Source: Candidatus Poribacteria bacterium (lineage in GTDB: Bacteria > Poribacteria > WGA-4E > WGA-3G). Taken from it: a stretch of DNA of 64,000 nucleotides. Below the pieces are notes generated by a model. That model saw nothing but the letters and a program-made list of their open reading frames with translations, searched no databases and was not told the origin of the DNA. The stretch is from contig OZ240248.1 in the NCBI GenBank assembly GCA_965198235.1, positions 3,360,001 to 3,424,000 of the forward strand. Reading direction: 5' to 3'. Positions within the stretch are counted from its first letter, which is position 1. Every line of letters begins with the position of its first letter. The translations under genes were made by a program, and so were the position numbers. Positions 9,547-18,885 of this stretch are shown here, piece after piece.

Positions 9547-10074
9547 ATGAATGCAGAACAGATTCTATTTATTCTCTTTGGAGCGGTCTCGCTGATTGGC
9601 GCGATTGCTGTAATTTCGTTTCGACATCCGATTTATAGCGCGCTTTCGCTTATTGTAACGTTTTTCGCACAAGCAGGGCTTTTTGTCCTGCTGGGCGCAC
9701 ATTTCGTTGCGGCTGTTCAAGTAATTGTCTATGCCGGCGCGATTATGGTCCTGTTCCTCTTTGTGATTATGCTCCTGAACTTGGGTACACTCTCGGCGAA
9801 AGGGGCTATTGGGGGGAAACTGAAGGGATTCGCTATAATCTTAGGCATTCTCTTTGCCGCCGAAGGCATCTATATCGCAGTGAATGCGCTCAACGACACC
9901 GCAGTGGCATCGGCAGAATCCACGGCGGCAGCGGTAACGACAACCACTTATGACATTGGCGAACTCTTGTTCAGCAAGTACCTCTTACCGTTTGAGGTTA
10001 CTTCGCTTATTTTGTTGGCGGCATTGATTGGCGTTATCGTCTTGGTAAAACGCGAAGGTCAAGAAGAAAACTAA
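9547..10074 (+). CDS. nuoJ: NADH-quinone oxidoreductase subunit J
   Basis: HPIYSAL, QVIVYAGAIMVLFLFVIMLL, YLLPFEVTS. Confidence 0.95.
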   Translation: MNAEQILFILFGAVSLIGAIAVISFRHPIYSALSLIVTFFAQAGLFVLLGAHFVAAVQVIVYAGAIMVLFLFVIMLLNLGTLSAKGAIGGKLKGFAIILGILFAAEGIYIAVNALNDTAVASAESTAAAVTTTTYDIGELLFSKYLLPFEVTSLILLAALIGVIVLVKREGQEEN

Positions 10075-10107
10075 AGTCAGTAATCAGCAGTCAGTAGGTG
10101 AGGTGTT

Positions 10108-10285
10108 TATCTTCATAGCATCAAAGACGTAGCCTGTAATGTAATGGAAGGGTTTTTGCTTGGGGTCTTTGATAGGGGTTTTTGATAGGGTGTTTCTGCG
10201 GATTTCTGCGGATTTCTTCAGATTTACGCTAGGGAATGTCAAAGTCCTAAAGCCACTTGACCGAACCGCAAGGAAAATTAAAAAT
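10108..10285 (+). repeat. 'ACCGAACCGCAAGG' family element ending at the nuoK start, with nested GTTTTTG(C/A)T.GGG units
   Basis: 5' part matches 62976-63110 (minus); 3' part matches 54180-54280 (minus). Confidence 0.8.
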
Positions 10286-10585
10286 ATGTCATTAGAGTAT
10301 TATCTCATTTTGAGCGCGCTCTTGTTTACAACGGGAGTCATCGGGGTCCTTATCCGCAGGAACGCTATCATCATCTTTATGTGTATTGAACTGATGCTAA
10401 ATGCGGCGAATCTCGCCTTTGTAGCTATCAGTCGTAGTCTCGGTGAGGCAACGGGCCAGGTGTTCGTTTTCTTTGTGATGACTGTCGCTGCCGCCGAGGT
10501 CGCGATTGGGCTCGCAATTATTGTGAGCGTCTTCAAACATCGACAGACAGTTAATGTGGATGAAGTTAATTCCTTGAAGGGCTAA
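10286..10585 (+). CDS. nuoK: NADH-quinone oxidoreductase subunit K
   Basis: [28 protein letters not shown]; ATG 10286. Confidence 0.96.
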   Translation: MSLEYYLILSALLFTTGVIGVLIRRNAIIIFMCIELMLNAANLAFVAISRSLGEATGQVFVFFVMTVAAAEVAIGLAIIVSVFKHRQTVNVDEVNSLKG

Positions 10586-10589
10586 TTTC

Positions 10590-10783
10590 TAATTATTGGG
10601 TTTTTGCTCTGCTCTCCACTTCGTTTCGAGCAGGTTTTTGGTCAGGTTGCAGCGTGTTTGAGAATCTGTGCAATGTTCACAAAACGCTTTAAGAAATCCG
10701 ACAAGTGCCCAGTGCCGCCGTAAATTAACCGAAAACCATCGTGAAACGAAGTGGAACGATGAGCAAAAACTTAATAGTTAAAA
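10590..10783. mobile_element. MITE-like element with about 55-bp imperfect TIRs containing TCCACTTCGTTTC / GAAACGAAGTGGA hairpins
   Basis: Inverted arms at about 10590-10645 and 10726-10783. The right arm nearly matches 62000-62058 (minus). Confidence 0.7.
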
Positions 10784-10794
10784 GGGTTTAAAAA

Positions 10795-12684
10795 ATGTCA
10801 CTTGAACTCATTAGTGTTCTGTTAGTTGCCCCGCTTGTTGGGTTTCTGATTAACGGGTTGTTAGGAAAATGGCTAAAAGGTAACGAGCAACTGAGTGGAT
10901 GGATAGGTTCGCTTGCAGTGCTTGTTTCTTTAGTCTGTTCGATTATCGCTTTTGCCAGTTTGCACGGCGGTGCTGCCCCGTTCGATGAAACGCTGTATGA
11001 ATGGATTACAGGCGAGTCGTTCGCTTTCAATATCGGGTTCCGTGTGGACGCACTAACGTCAGTGATGTTGTTGGTGATTACAGGTGTTGGGTTTCTCATC
11101 CACGTCTATTCGATCGGCTACATGCATGGCGATGCAGGATATACACGCTATTTTGCCTATCTGAATCTGTTCATCTTTGCGATGCTAATCTTGGTCCTCG
11201 GAAACAACTATCTGATGATGTTCGTCGGATGGGAAGGGGTTGGACTCTGCTCATATCTCCTCATAGGATTCTGGTATGAGAAGCAAACGGCGACAGATGC
11301 TGGAAAAAAAGCGTTTATCGTGAACCGAATCGGTGATTTCGGGTTTCTGCTGGGGATGTTTACTCTGTTTGCTGCTTTCGGAACTCTCGATTTCGCATCG
11401 ATATTTGATGCCGCTGAGGCAGATAATTTTCAGAAAGTCTTTGGTGCCAGTACCCTCGTAATTGCGACCTTGTTACTTTTCGTTGGCGCGATAGGTAAAT
11501 CGGCACAAATTCCGCTCTATGTATGGCTCCCGGACGCAATGGAAGGTCCCACCCCTGTCAGTGCCTTGATTCACGCCGCTACAATGGTGACGGCGGGCGT
11601 ATATATGATAGCACGCTCCGCTGTGCTTTATAATATAGCACATACCGGCGAAGTGGTCGCTTGGATCGGCGTTTTGACTGCCTTCTTCGCTGCAACGATA
11701 GCACTTACCCAGAACGATATTAAACGCATCCTCGCTTATTCCACTGTGAGCCAACTCGGGTATATGTTCCTTGGTGTTGGTGTTGGTGCTTATGCATCTG
11801 GCATTTTCCATTTAGTAACGCATGCCTTCTTTAAAGGACTGATGTTCCTTACCGCTGGTAGTGTGATGCACGCAATGGCAAATGAATTGGATGTGCGGAA
11901 GATGGGCGGCTTAAAGGCAAAGATGCCGATAACGCACTGGACCTTTTTAGTAGGTGCCCTTGCTATTGCCGGGTTTCCGTTTCTGAGTGGTTTCTGGAGC
12001 AAAGATGAAATCTTGCACAGTGCGTGGGGGAGTTCACCTATTATTTACGTCATCGGTTTAGTCACGGCGTTCTTGACGGCGTTTTATATGTTCCGCTTGA
12101 TCTTTGTGACGTTTTATGGTGAATCTCGTGTTGAATCCGAAGTTGCTTCGCATCTGCACGAATCGCCACCGGTCATGTGGGTGCCGTTGGCAATTCTGGC
12201 GATCCCTTCTGCCTTAATCGGTTTGCTGTTGGGGTGGGGTGGACATGACAGTTGGTTCCACCACTTCACGAAGAGTGTTTTTCCAGAGGCACACCATGAG
12301 GCATCGGGTAATGTGATCTTATTTATGGTGATTTCATCGGTTGTGGGTTTGGCAGGGATTGCGTTCGCGTGGTCGCGCTATCGCGAAAGGACACCGTCTG
12401 ACGAACCTACCAATGCACTACATAAGCTTCTTGCGAACAAGTACTATGTTGATGAGGTATATAACGCACTCATCGTGCAACCGATTAAAAACGGTTCTCA
12501 CTACCTACTCTGGCGGATTATAGATAACGGTATTATTGATGGGATTGTCAACGGTGTCGGGTCTATTATTCGATTTATTGGTGGAACGTTGCGCCGCCTC
12601 CAGACAGGACTTGTCCAAGTGTACATTGTATCAATGGTTCTCGGAATTGTGTTATTCCTCGCATACTATCTGTTTTTTACTTAA
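10795..12684 (+). CDS. nuoL: NADH-quinone oxidoreductase subunit L
   Basis: GWEGVGLCSYLLIGFW, KSAQIPLYVWLPDAMEGPTPVSALIHAATMV, HAFFK. Confidence 0.97.
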   Translation: MSLELISVLLVAPLVGFLINGLLGKWLKGNEQLSGWIGSLAVLVSLVCSIIAFASLHGGAAPFDETLYEWITGESFAFNIGFRVDALTSVMLLVITGVGFLIHVYSIGYMHGDAGYTRYFAYLNLFIFAMLILVLGNNYLMMFVGWEGVGLCSYLLIGFWYEKQTATDAGKKAFIVNRIGDFGFLLGMFTLFAAFGTLDFASIFDAAEADNFQKVFGASTLVIATLLLFVGAIGKSAQIPLYVWLPDAMEGPTPVSALIHAATMVTAGVYMIARSAVLYNIAHTGEVVAWIGVLTAFFAATIALTQNDIKRILAYSTVSQLGYMFLGVGVGAYASGIFHLVTHAFFKGLMFLTAGSVMHAMANELDVRKMGGLKAKMPITHWTFLVGALAIAGFPFLSGFWSKDEILHSAWGSSPIIYVIGLVTAFLTAFYMFRLIFVTFYGESRVESEVASHLHESPPVMWVPLAILAIPSALIGLLLGWGGHDSWFHHFTKSVFPEAHHEASGNVILFMVISSVVGLAGIAFAWSRYRERTPSDEPTNALHKLLANKYYVDEVYNALIVQPIKNGSHYLLWRIIDNGIIDGIVNGVGSIIRFIGGTLRRLQTGLVQVYIVSMVLGIVLFLAYYLFFT

Positions 12685-12738
12685 TTTTTAACTATGGACC
12701 TATGGGCACCGTTCCACTTCGTTACACGGTGGTTTACG
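12685..12738. repeat. Arm of the TCCACTTCGTT hairpin repeat family
   Basis: TTTTTAACTATGG...CACCGTTCCACTTCGTTACACGGTG directly after the nuoL stop. Confidence 0.65.
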
Positions 12739-12970
12739 GAGAAGTAGAGAGCCTGCTTTAGGTTTAGAAAGGTTTCTGACCTTACCGATTTTCAAAACGC
12801 CGACGCGAATTGCATCAGAAAGATGAAGATCGTTGGCTTTTTTGGTGCTTCCCTTCGATGTGGCTCTGGAAGACTTGGTTCAAGCGATAACCTATTCCTT
12901 CAAAAGAGGGAAGTGCAACCAGTGAATTATTCCTATTGATGAAAGTTAATTTGTCCTAAAGGAGGTTTCC

Positions 12971-14629
12971 TTGTTACTTTCAATAGTCATTTTTTTACCA
13001 CTGCTCGGTGTGATAGCGATTGCCTTGCTCAGAGGACTCGGTGCCTCCGCTGTCAAAGGCATCGCGCTTGTCATTGGGCTCCTAACTTTTATTGTCTCAT
13101 TGGGGCTTTACACCGGGTTTGACACAACGACTGCAACGTTCCAAAATGTCGCGCAGCAAGAGTGGATTCCCGGTTTAGGTACAAGTTACCACATCGGCAT
13201 TGATGGTATTTCGCTATGGTTAGTGTTGCTTACAACTTTCCTGACACCGGTGTGTATCCTCGCCGCATGGAATTCGGTCGAGAAAGGGCTAAGCGGTTTT
13301 ATGATGTCGCTCCTCGCTCTTGAGACCGGGATGTTGGGTGTCTTCTGTGCTTTGGATCTGTTCCTCTTTTTTGTATTTTGGGAGTCGATGCTAATTCCGA
13401 TGTACTTCCTCATCGGTATTTGGGGTGGAGAACGTCGAATTTATGCAACCGTGAAGTTCGTTCTTTATACAATGGCGGGCAGTGCGCTAATGCTGGTTGG
13501 CATCTTGGTGCTGTACTTCCAAAACAACAATAGTTTCGATCTCACGACGCTTAGCGGTCCGTTTGAACATTCACATCTATTGTTCTTGGCGTTTTTCATT
13601 GCATTTGCGATTAAGGTTCCGCTCTTTCCGTTCCATACTTGGCTACCAGATGCCCACGTTGAAGCCCCCACGGTGGGAAGTGTAATCCTTGCCGGAGTAC
13701 TGCTAAAGATGGGAACCTATGGGATAATCCGATTTTGCCTACCACTCTTTCCCGATGCAGCGGCTGAATTTACTCCGTTGATAGTGCCACTCGCTGTAAT
13801 TGGCATCATTTACGGCGCATTGGTGGCGATGGTCCAACCAGATCTGAAAAAACTGGTCGCATATTCCAGTGTGAGTCACCTCGGTTTTGTAGTGTTGGGG
13901 TTGTTTTCAAAAAATCCCGCTGGTATTCAAGGAAGCGTCTTACAAATGATTAATCACGGTTTAAGCACAGGCGCGTTGTTCCTTTTGGTCGGAATGATTT
14001 ATGAGCGACGACACAGCAGGATGATTGTAGATTTCGGTGGCTTGGCGAAGCGAATGCCGATCTTTGCTACAATTTTTATGATTGTGACATTATCATCAAT
14101 TGGGCTACCGGGTTTGAATGGATTCGTTGGTGAATATATGATACTGTTTGGCAGTTTTGTTCAGGGAGCCTTCTCGAAGATATATGTAGTTTTGGCAACA
14201 GCAGGTGTGATTCTGGCAGCTGTATATATGCTGTGGATGTTCCAACGGGTGATGTTTGGGACACTGGATAAGACAAATGAAGCTTTGCCTGACTTGAACG
14301 CACGTGAGATCGTTGTGATGCTTCCGATACTGCTGTTCATCGTCTGGATCGGCGTTTATCCGAAACCTTTCCTGAGTAAGATGGAGAAATCAGTAGGACT
14401 TGTCGTGACGCAGGTACAAACTGAACCTGCTATGGGGCGCGCGGGAGAACAGGAGAATAGCAGTCAGCAGTCAGTGGTCAGCAGTCAGCAAGACGGAGAC
14501 ACTTTAATAAAAAACCTCTTTCCTGATAGCCGACAGCCGATGGCTGATAGCCAATATACCGAACTCGCTCTACACGGGACACAGCGCGCCCAGCATGAAA
14601 AGATTGAAAAGGAGGCAGAGACGAAGTAA
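12971..14629 (+). CDS. nuoM: NADH-quinone oxidoreductase subunit M with repeat-derived C-terminal extension
   Basis: FWESMLIPMY, KVPLFPFHTWLPDAHVEAPT, LLKMGTYG, AYSSVSHLG. TTG start follows AAGGAGG. Confidence 0.95.
   Translation: MLLSIVIFLPLLGVIAIALLRGLGASAVKGIALVIGLLTFIVSLGLYTGFDTTTATFQNVAQQEWIPGLGTSYHIGIDGISLWLVLLTTFLTPVCILAAWNSVEKGLSGFMMSLLALETGMLGVFCALDLFLFFVFWESMLIPMYFLIGIWGGERRIYATVKFVLYTMAGSALMLVGILVLYFQNNNSFDLTTLSGPFEHSHLLFLAFFIAFAIKVPLFPFHTWLPDAHVEAPTVGSVILAGVLLKMGTYGIIRFCLPLFPDAAAEFTPLIVPLAVIGIIYGALVAMVQPDLKKLVAYSSVSHLGFVVLGLFSKNPAGIQGSVLQMINHGLSTGALFLLVGMIYERRHSRMIVDFGGLAKRMPIFATIFMIVTLSSIGLPGLNGFVGEYMILFGSFVQGAFSKIYVVLATAGVILAAVYMLWMFQRVMFGTLDKTNEALPDLNAREIVVMLPILLFIVWIGVYPKPFLSKMEKSVGLVVTQVQTEPAMGRAGEQENSSQQSVVSSQQDGDTLIKNLFPDSRQPMADSQYTELALHGTQRAQHEKIEKEAETK
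14456..14555. repeat. Heptamer palindromic element inside the nuoM coding sequence
   Basis: AATAGCAGTCAGCAGTCAGTGGTCAGCAGTCAGC...CCTCTTTCCTGATAGCCGACAGCCGATGGCTGATAGCC. Confidence 0.75.
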
Positions 14630-16123
14630 TTGAAGTTTAAATTTACAACTTGTCTTATTCTTTGTGTGATTTTGGGGCTCGCGTTGTCAGTTTCAATGGG
14701 AGCCTTCGGAGCAGATGACGCACACGGTGACGAAGGCGCACACCACGGTCATGGGGTAGACGGGGCAAAATTGCCTATTTGGAGTATCATACCATTTGTT
14801 GGTATATTACTCTCTATTGCGATTTTCCCACTTGTGTTGGATTCCCATTTTCTTGTCCACCACGGCGGAAAAATGTCATTGATATGGGCGTTAGTCTTCG
14901 CAATCCCGTACCTTGTAGCATTTCGAGGAGAAGCCTTTTACGACATTCTGCATATTTATCTGATAGACTATATCCCGTTCATTATTCTGTTGTGGGGGTT
15001 GTTCACGGTTGCGGGTGGGATTCTCGTGCGTGGGACATTGCGTGGCACGCCGATAGTTAACACACTCTTACTACTTATCGGCACTGCTATCGCCTCATGG
15101 GTAGGCACAACAGGCGCATCAATGCTCCTCATCCGCCCGCTAATTCGAGCAAACGCGTATCGGCAGAACAAGATCCATCTGATTATCTTCTTCATCTTTC
15201 TCGTGAGTAACATCGGTGGTTCTTTGACACCGTTGGGTGATCCACCACTCTTTTTGGGGTTCTTGCACGGAGTGCCTTTCTTCTGGACAACAACGGCGCT
15301 CTTCCCACACATGCTGTTTATTAGCATCATCTTAATTGTGCTTTTCTTTGTAGTAGACACAGTCTTTTTCAAACGGGAAGGCGGTGTAGTTCCAGATGAT
15401 GGTACCAGTGAACCTATTCGTGTAAGTGGACTGTTTAACCTAATCTTCCTGCTCGGAATTGTCGCCGCTGTCCTGATGAGCGGTACCGCGAAATGGGGAG
15501 AGGTCAACATCCTCGGTGTGCATGTGACCTGGCAGAATATCGCTCGTGATGTGTTGATTGTCGTCATGGGGCTGTTATCCCTCAGGTTTACACCCTTTAG
15601 TGGTGAGTTGCGTCAAGCGAATGAGTTTTCATGGGAGCCGATTGAAGAGGTGGCAAAAGTGTTCGCCGGTATCTTTATGACCATTGTTCCAGCGTTGGCG
15701 ATTCTGAAAGCCGGTGAAAACGGCGAGTTACGTGGGTTAATTGGGGCGATAAAAGAACCATTGCACTATTTCTGGGTAACTGGAGTTCTGTCGAGTTTCT
15801 TAGATAATGCTCCGACCTATTTGACGTTTTTCAACACAGCACTTGGCAAATTGCATCTCACTGAAGCCGTAGTACCGGAAATTTTGTCTGGACAGTTGAC
15901 AGGTGCCGAGCACTTAGAATTTGTGAACCTGCTAACTGCCATTTCTGTTGGGGCTGTTTTTATGGGGGCAAATACCTATATCGGCAATGCCCCGAACTTC
16001 ATGGTGAAGGCAATCGCAGAACAAAGCGGTATCCGCATGCCGAGTTTCTTTGGATATATGCTCTGGTCGATAGGGATTTTAGTCCCGCTCTTTGTGATTG
16101 TGACGTTAGTGTTCCTACGCTAA
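14630..16123 (+). CDS. IT-superfamily membrane transporter (putative Na+/H+ antiporter, CitMHS_2-like)
   Basis: VSNIGGSLTPLGDPPLFLGFL.GVPFFW, LSSFLDNAPTYL, GANTYIGNAPNFMVK. His-rich N-terminal loop. Confidence 0.85.
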   Translation: MKFKFTTCLILCVILGLALSVSMGAFGADDAHGDEGAHHGHGVDGAKLPIWSIIPFVGILLSIAIFPLVLDSHFLVHHGGKMSLIWALVFAIPYLVAFRGEAFYDILHIYLIDYIPFIILLWGLFTVAGGILVRGTLRGTPIVNTLLLLIGTAIASWVGTTGASMLLIRPLIRANAYRQNKIHLIIFFIFLVSNIGGSLTPLGDPPLFLGFLHGVPFFWTTTALFPHMLFISIILIVLFFVVDTVFFKREGGVVPDDGTSEPIRVSGLFNLIFLLGIVAAVLMSGTAKWGEVNILGVHVTWQNIARDVLIVVMGLLSLRFTPFSGELRQANEFSWEPIEEVAKVFAGIFMTIVPALAILKAGENGELRGLIGAIKEPLHYFWVTGVLSSFLDNAPTYLTFFNTALGKLHLTEAVVPEILSGQLTGAEHLEFVNLLTAISVGAVFMGANTYIGNAPNFMVKAIAEQSGIRMPSFFGYMLWSIGILVPLFVIVTLVFLR

Positions 16124-16195
16124 GCCATTCAAGGTTATACTCAGCTACCACTGTACTCGGAAACTTGGACAGAAAACTATCAAAGGAGGTTTTGA

Positions 16196-17629
16196 ATGCC
16201 AATAGAGATTAACTGGCAATTACTGATGCCGGAGCTGATTATCGCTTTAACGCTACTCATCGTCCTCGTTTTTGACCTGTTTGACTCCATTTCAAAAGCA
16301 ATTCTCGGCTGGATGACGATCGTTGGTTCTGGGATTGCGCTATGGGTCTCCATCCAGATGCATCAAGCAGGCACAGTTGGCACCCAGTTCAACGAAATGT
16401 TCAAGGTGGATAATTTTTCCCTTTTCTTCAATACTGTTTTCCTTGTTTCGACGATTTTGGTCGCTTTGATTTCGATGAGCTATTTGGACAGGGACGACAG
16501 AAAGCAGGGACCTTACTACCTACTTATTCTGCTGGCGACCCTCGGTATGATGTTGATGGCTGCTGGCAATGAGTTGATTATTGTCTTCCTTGGCTTGGAA
16601 CTGATGTCATTATCGTTGTATGTGTTGGCAGGTTATTTTCGAGATAATCCTGCTTCAAGCGAGGCGGGCATGAAATACTTATTGCTCGGCGCGTTTGCAA
16701 GCGCGTTCTTCCTTTACGGGATCGCTCTGATTTACGGTGGTGCCGGAACGACGAGTGTCCCCGCAATTGCTGAGGCAATTACTGCTCCGAATAAATCGCC
16801 GCTGTTGTTAGCAGGAATGTTCCTTCTGATTGTTGGATTCGGATTTAAGGTCGCCATTGTTCCATTCCATCAATGGGCACCAGATGTTTACGAAGGCGCG
16901 CCCACAACGATAGCAGCGTTTATCTCTGCCGGACCAAAGGCGGCTGGGTTTGCGGCGTTCCTCAGAATTTTTATGGAAGCCCTACCAACCCTGCAAGTCG
17001 AATGGAGTGGTGTTATCATTGTATTGGCGATGTTAACGATGACAGTCGGAAATGTCATTGCGATCGCGCAGACAAACATCAAGCGGATGCTCGCTTATTC
17101 AAGTATTGCCCACGCAGGTTATGTCCTAATAGGCTTGGCGGCTGCAAATAATGACGGAATTTCGAGTGCGATGCTTTATCTGCTCGTTTACTGTGTGATG
17201 AACATCGGTGCGTTCGGTGCGGTCATCTTGGCAAAAACGGAGGATGGCGAGAGCCTTATGATTTCCGATTACGCAGGGCTTGGTCTCCGAAAGCCGTTAC
17301 TTGCTATGTTTATGACAATAATGCTTTTGTCACTCGCCGGTTTTCCGCCGACTGCTGGGTTCGTCGGAAAATTCTATATCTTCAAATCAGCAGTTCAGGC
17401 AGGGCATATCTGGCTCGTTATTGTGGGTGCCATCAACACAGCAATATCAGCATTCTACTACCTCCGAGTTGTTGTGACAATGTATATGCGTGAACCGGAA
17501 GAGGAGCTAACATTTACGTCGTACCCAAGTACCCTCGTAGTTGGGCTAATCCTCGCCGCGATTGGTGTGTTGCTTATCGGTATTCTGCCGTCGCTCATGC
17601 TGAATCCAGCACAGAATTCCGTTTTTTAA
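16196..17629 (+). CDS. nuoN: NADH-quinone oxidoreductase subunit N
   Basis: LGLELMSL, EAGMKY, FKVAIVPFHQWAPDVYEGAPT, KRMLAYSSIAHAGY. Confidence 0.96.
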   Translation: MPIEINWQLLMPELIIALTLLIVLVFDLFDSISKAILGWMTIVGSGIALWVSIQMHQAGTVGTQFNEMFKVDNFSLFFNTVFLVSTILVALISMSYLDRDDRKQGPYYLLILLATLGMMLMAAGNELIIVFLGLELMSLSLYVLAGYFRDNPASSEAGMKYLLLGAFASAFFLYGIALIYGGAGTTSVPAIAEAITAPNKSPLLLAGMFLLIVGFGFKVAIVPFHQWAPDVYEGAPTTIAAFISAGPKAAGFAAFLRIFMEALPTLQVEWSGVIIVLAMLTMTVGNVIAIAQTNIKRMLAYSSIAHAGYVLIGLAAANNDGISSAMLYLLVYCVMNIGAFGAVILAKTEDGESLMISDYAGLGLRKPLLAMFMTIMLLSLAGFPPTAGFVGKFYIFKSAVQAGHIWLVIVGAINTAISAFYYLRVVVTMYMREPEEELTFTSYPSTLVVGLILAAIGVLLIGILPSLMLNPAQNSVF

Positions 17630-17634
17630 GCGAT

Positions 17635-17798
17635 TAAGGTTGCTCGGTTTTGTCCGTTGTCCAAAACCGAATCCGTGATGAAAAGTGAGTTGTTGGGCAG
17701 GACCCCAATTATTGCACTTTTAATCACGAAACCAAGAATTAATAAACCATCCGTTTCTCGACAACGGAGAGAAACGAGCAAGGACAATAGCTTAAAAA
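17635..17798. repeat. Long imperfect inverted-repeat element between nuoN and the next gene
   Basis: Nested pairs TTGCTCG/CGAGCAA, TCCGTTGTC/GACAACGGA and CGTGATGAAAAGTG/CACTTTTAATCACG; ends TTAAAAA-ATG. Confidence 0.6.
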
Positions 17799-18773
17799 AT
17801 GTCAGACATTAGGTTAGGCTTTATCGGCACGGGTGGCAACATGAATCGCCACTTGCGCGAGTTAACCGAGATTGGCGGTTCAACATTCGTCGCCTTCTGT
17901 GATATTGTAGTTGAGAAAGCGGAGCAGGCTGTCACACAGTATGGTGGTAAAGCCTACGCCGACTATAACCAGATGCTCGCGCACGAGGAATTGGATGCCG
18001 TTTATATCTCAATCCCACCTTTTGCCCACGGCGCGCCTGAGCGTGCTGTTGTTGCCGCCGGACTACCGATGTTTGTGGAAAAACCTGTCCACATGGATGC
18101 CGATGAGGCGAAAGACATCGCAGCGGAAGTAGAAGAAAAGGGCATCATCACCGCTACCGGGTATCAGGAACGTTATCTTGACATCATCGACAAAGCGCAG
18201 GAACTCCTCGCTTCCCGACGTGTCGGATTCTTCATGGGCTACTGGATGGGCGGCATGCCCGGCCCCGGCAGTTGGTGGCGAGAAAAGGCAAAATCTGGTG
18301 GACAACTCATGGAGCAGACGACACACGAATTTGATATGGCGAGATACCTCTTCGGCGAGGTTAAAACTGTCTATGCCGTCGCACGCTATGATCTGATTCC
18401 CGATACCGATTACGATATTGAGGAAGCGTCTGCGGTCTCTTTGCAATTTGAGAGTGGGGTCTTTGGTATTATGTTCTCCGCCTGCTTCACAACAAATGGG
18501 ATGAGTCGTTCTGGATTGGACATTTTCTGTGAGGACGGTTCTCTTGAATACCATCTCCGTAGTGCGCTCGTACTCTCTACTGCTGAAGAGACGACCACGT
18601 GGAATCCGCAAAATAATTGCACGATTGATATGGATAGCACTTTTATTGAAGCAGTTCGCACAGGCGATGGCAGTGCGATCCGATCACCCTATTCGGATGC
18701 CGCCAAAACCGCAATTTTGTCAATCGCTGCCAACGAATCTCTTGAAACGGGTCTACCTGTCCACTTAGGCTAA
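17799..18773 (+). CDS. Gfo/Idh/MocA family oxidoreductase
   Basis: GFIGTGG Rossmann motif, VEKP, GGQLMEQTTHEFD. Confidence 0.9.
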   Translation: MSDIRLGFIGTGGNMNRHLRELTEIGGSTFVAFCDIVVEKAEQAVTQYGGKAYADYNQMLAHEELDAVYISIPPFAHGAPERAVVAAGLPMFVEKPVHMDADEAKDIAAEVEEKGIITATGYQERYLDIIDKAQELLASRRVGFFMGYWMGGMPGPGSWWREKAKSGGQLMEQTTHEFDMARYLFGEVKTVYAVARYDLIPDTDYDIEEASAVSLQFESGVFGIMFSACFTTNGMSRSGLDIFCEDGSLEYHLRSALVLSTAEETTTWNPQNNCTIDMDSTFIEAVRTGDGSAIRSPYSDAAKTAILSIAANESLETGLPVHLG

Positions 18774-18775
18774 AG

Positions 18776-18885
18776 ACGGTTGGAATTAACTGAGAACGCT
18801 GCGAAATGAAATTAGGTTTCCTTAAATGGCATAATTTGTCTTTGCCTTACATTTGGAGCAGTGCCCAGAATTAATCGTTTAGAAA
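18776..18885 (+). repeat. Copy of the element found upstream of nuoJ
   Basis: CCTTAAATGGCATAATTTGTCTTTGC.TTACATTTGGAGC.GTGC shared with 9479-9525. Confidence 0.8.

Noticed and set aside
10160-10285. N-terminal extensions of NuoK, NuoJ, NuoE, Uma2, the GT9/GT1 genes and GHL10 in the ORF track
   Set aside because: They run through repeats or the upstream gene; downstream ATGs match family N-termini and RBS positions.
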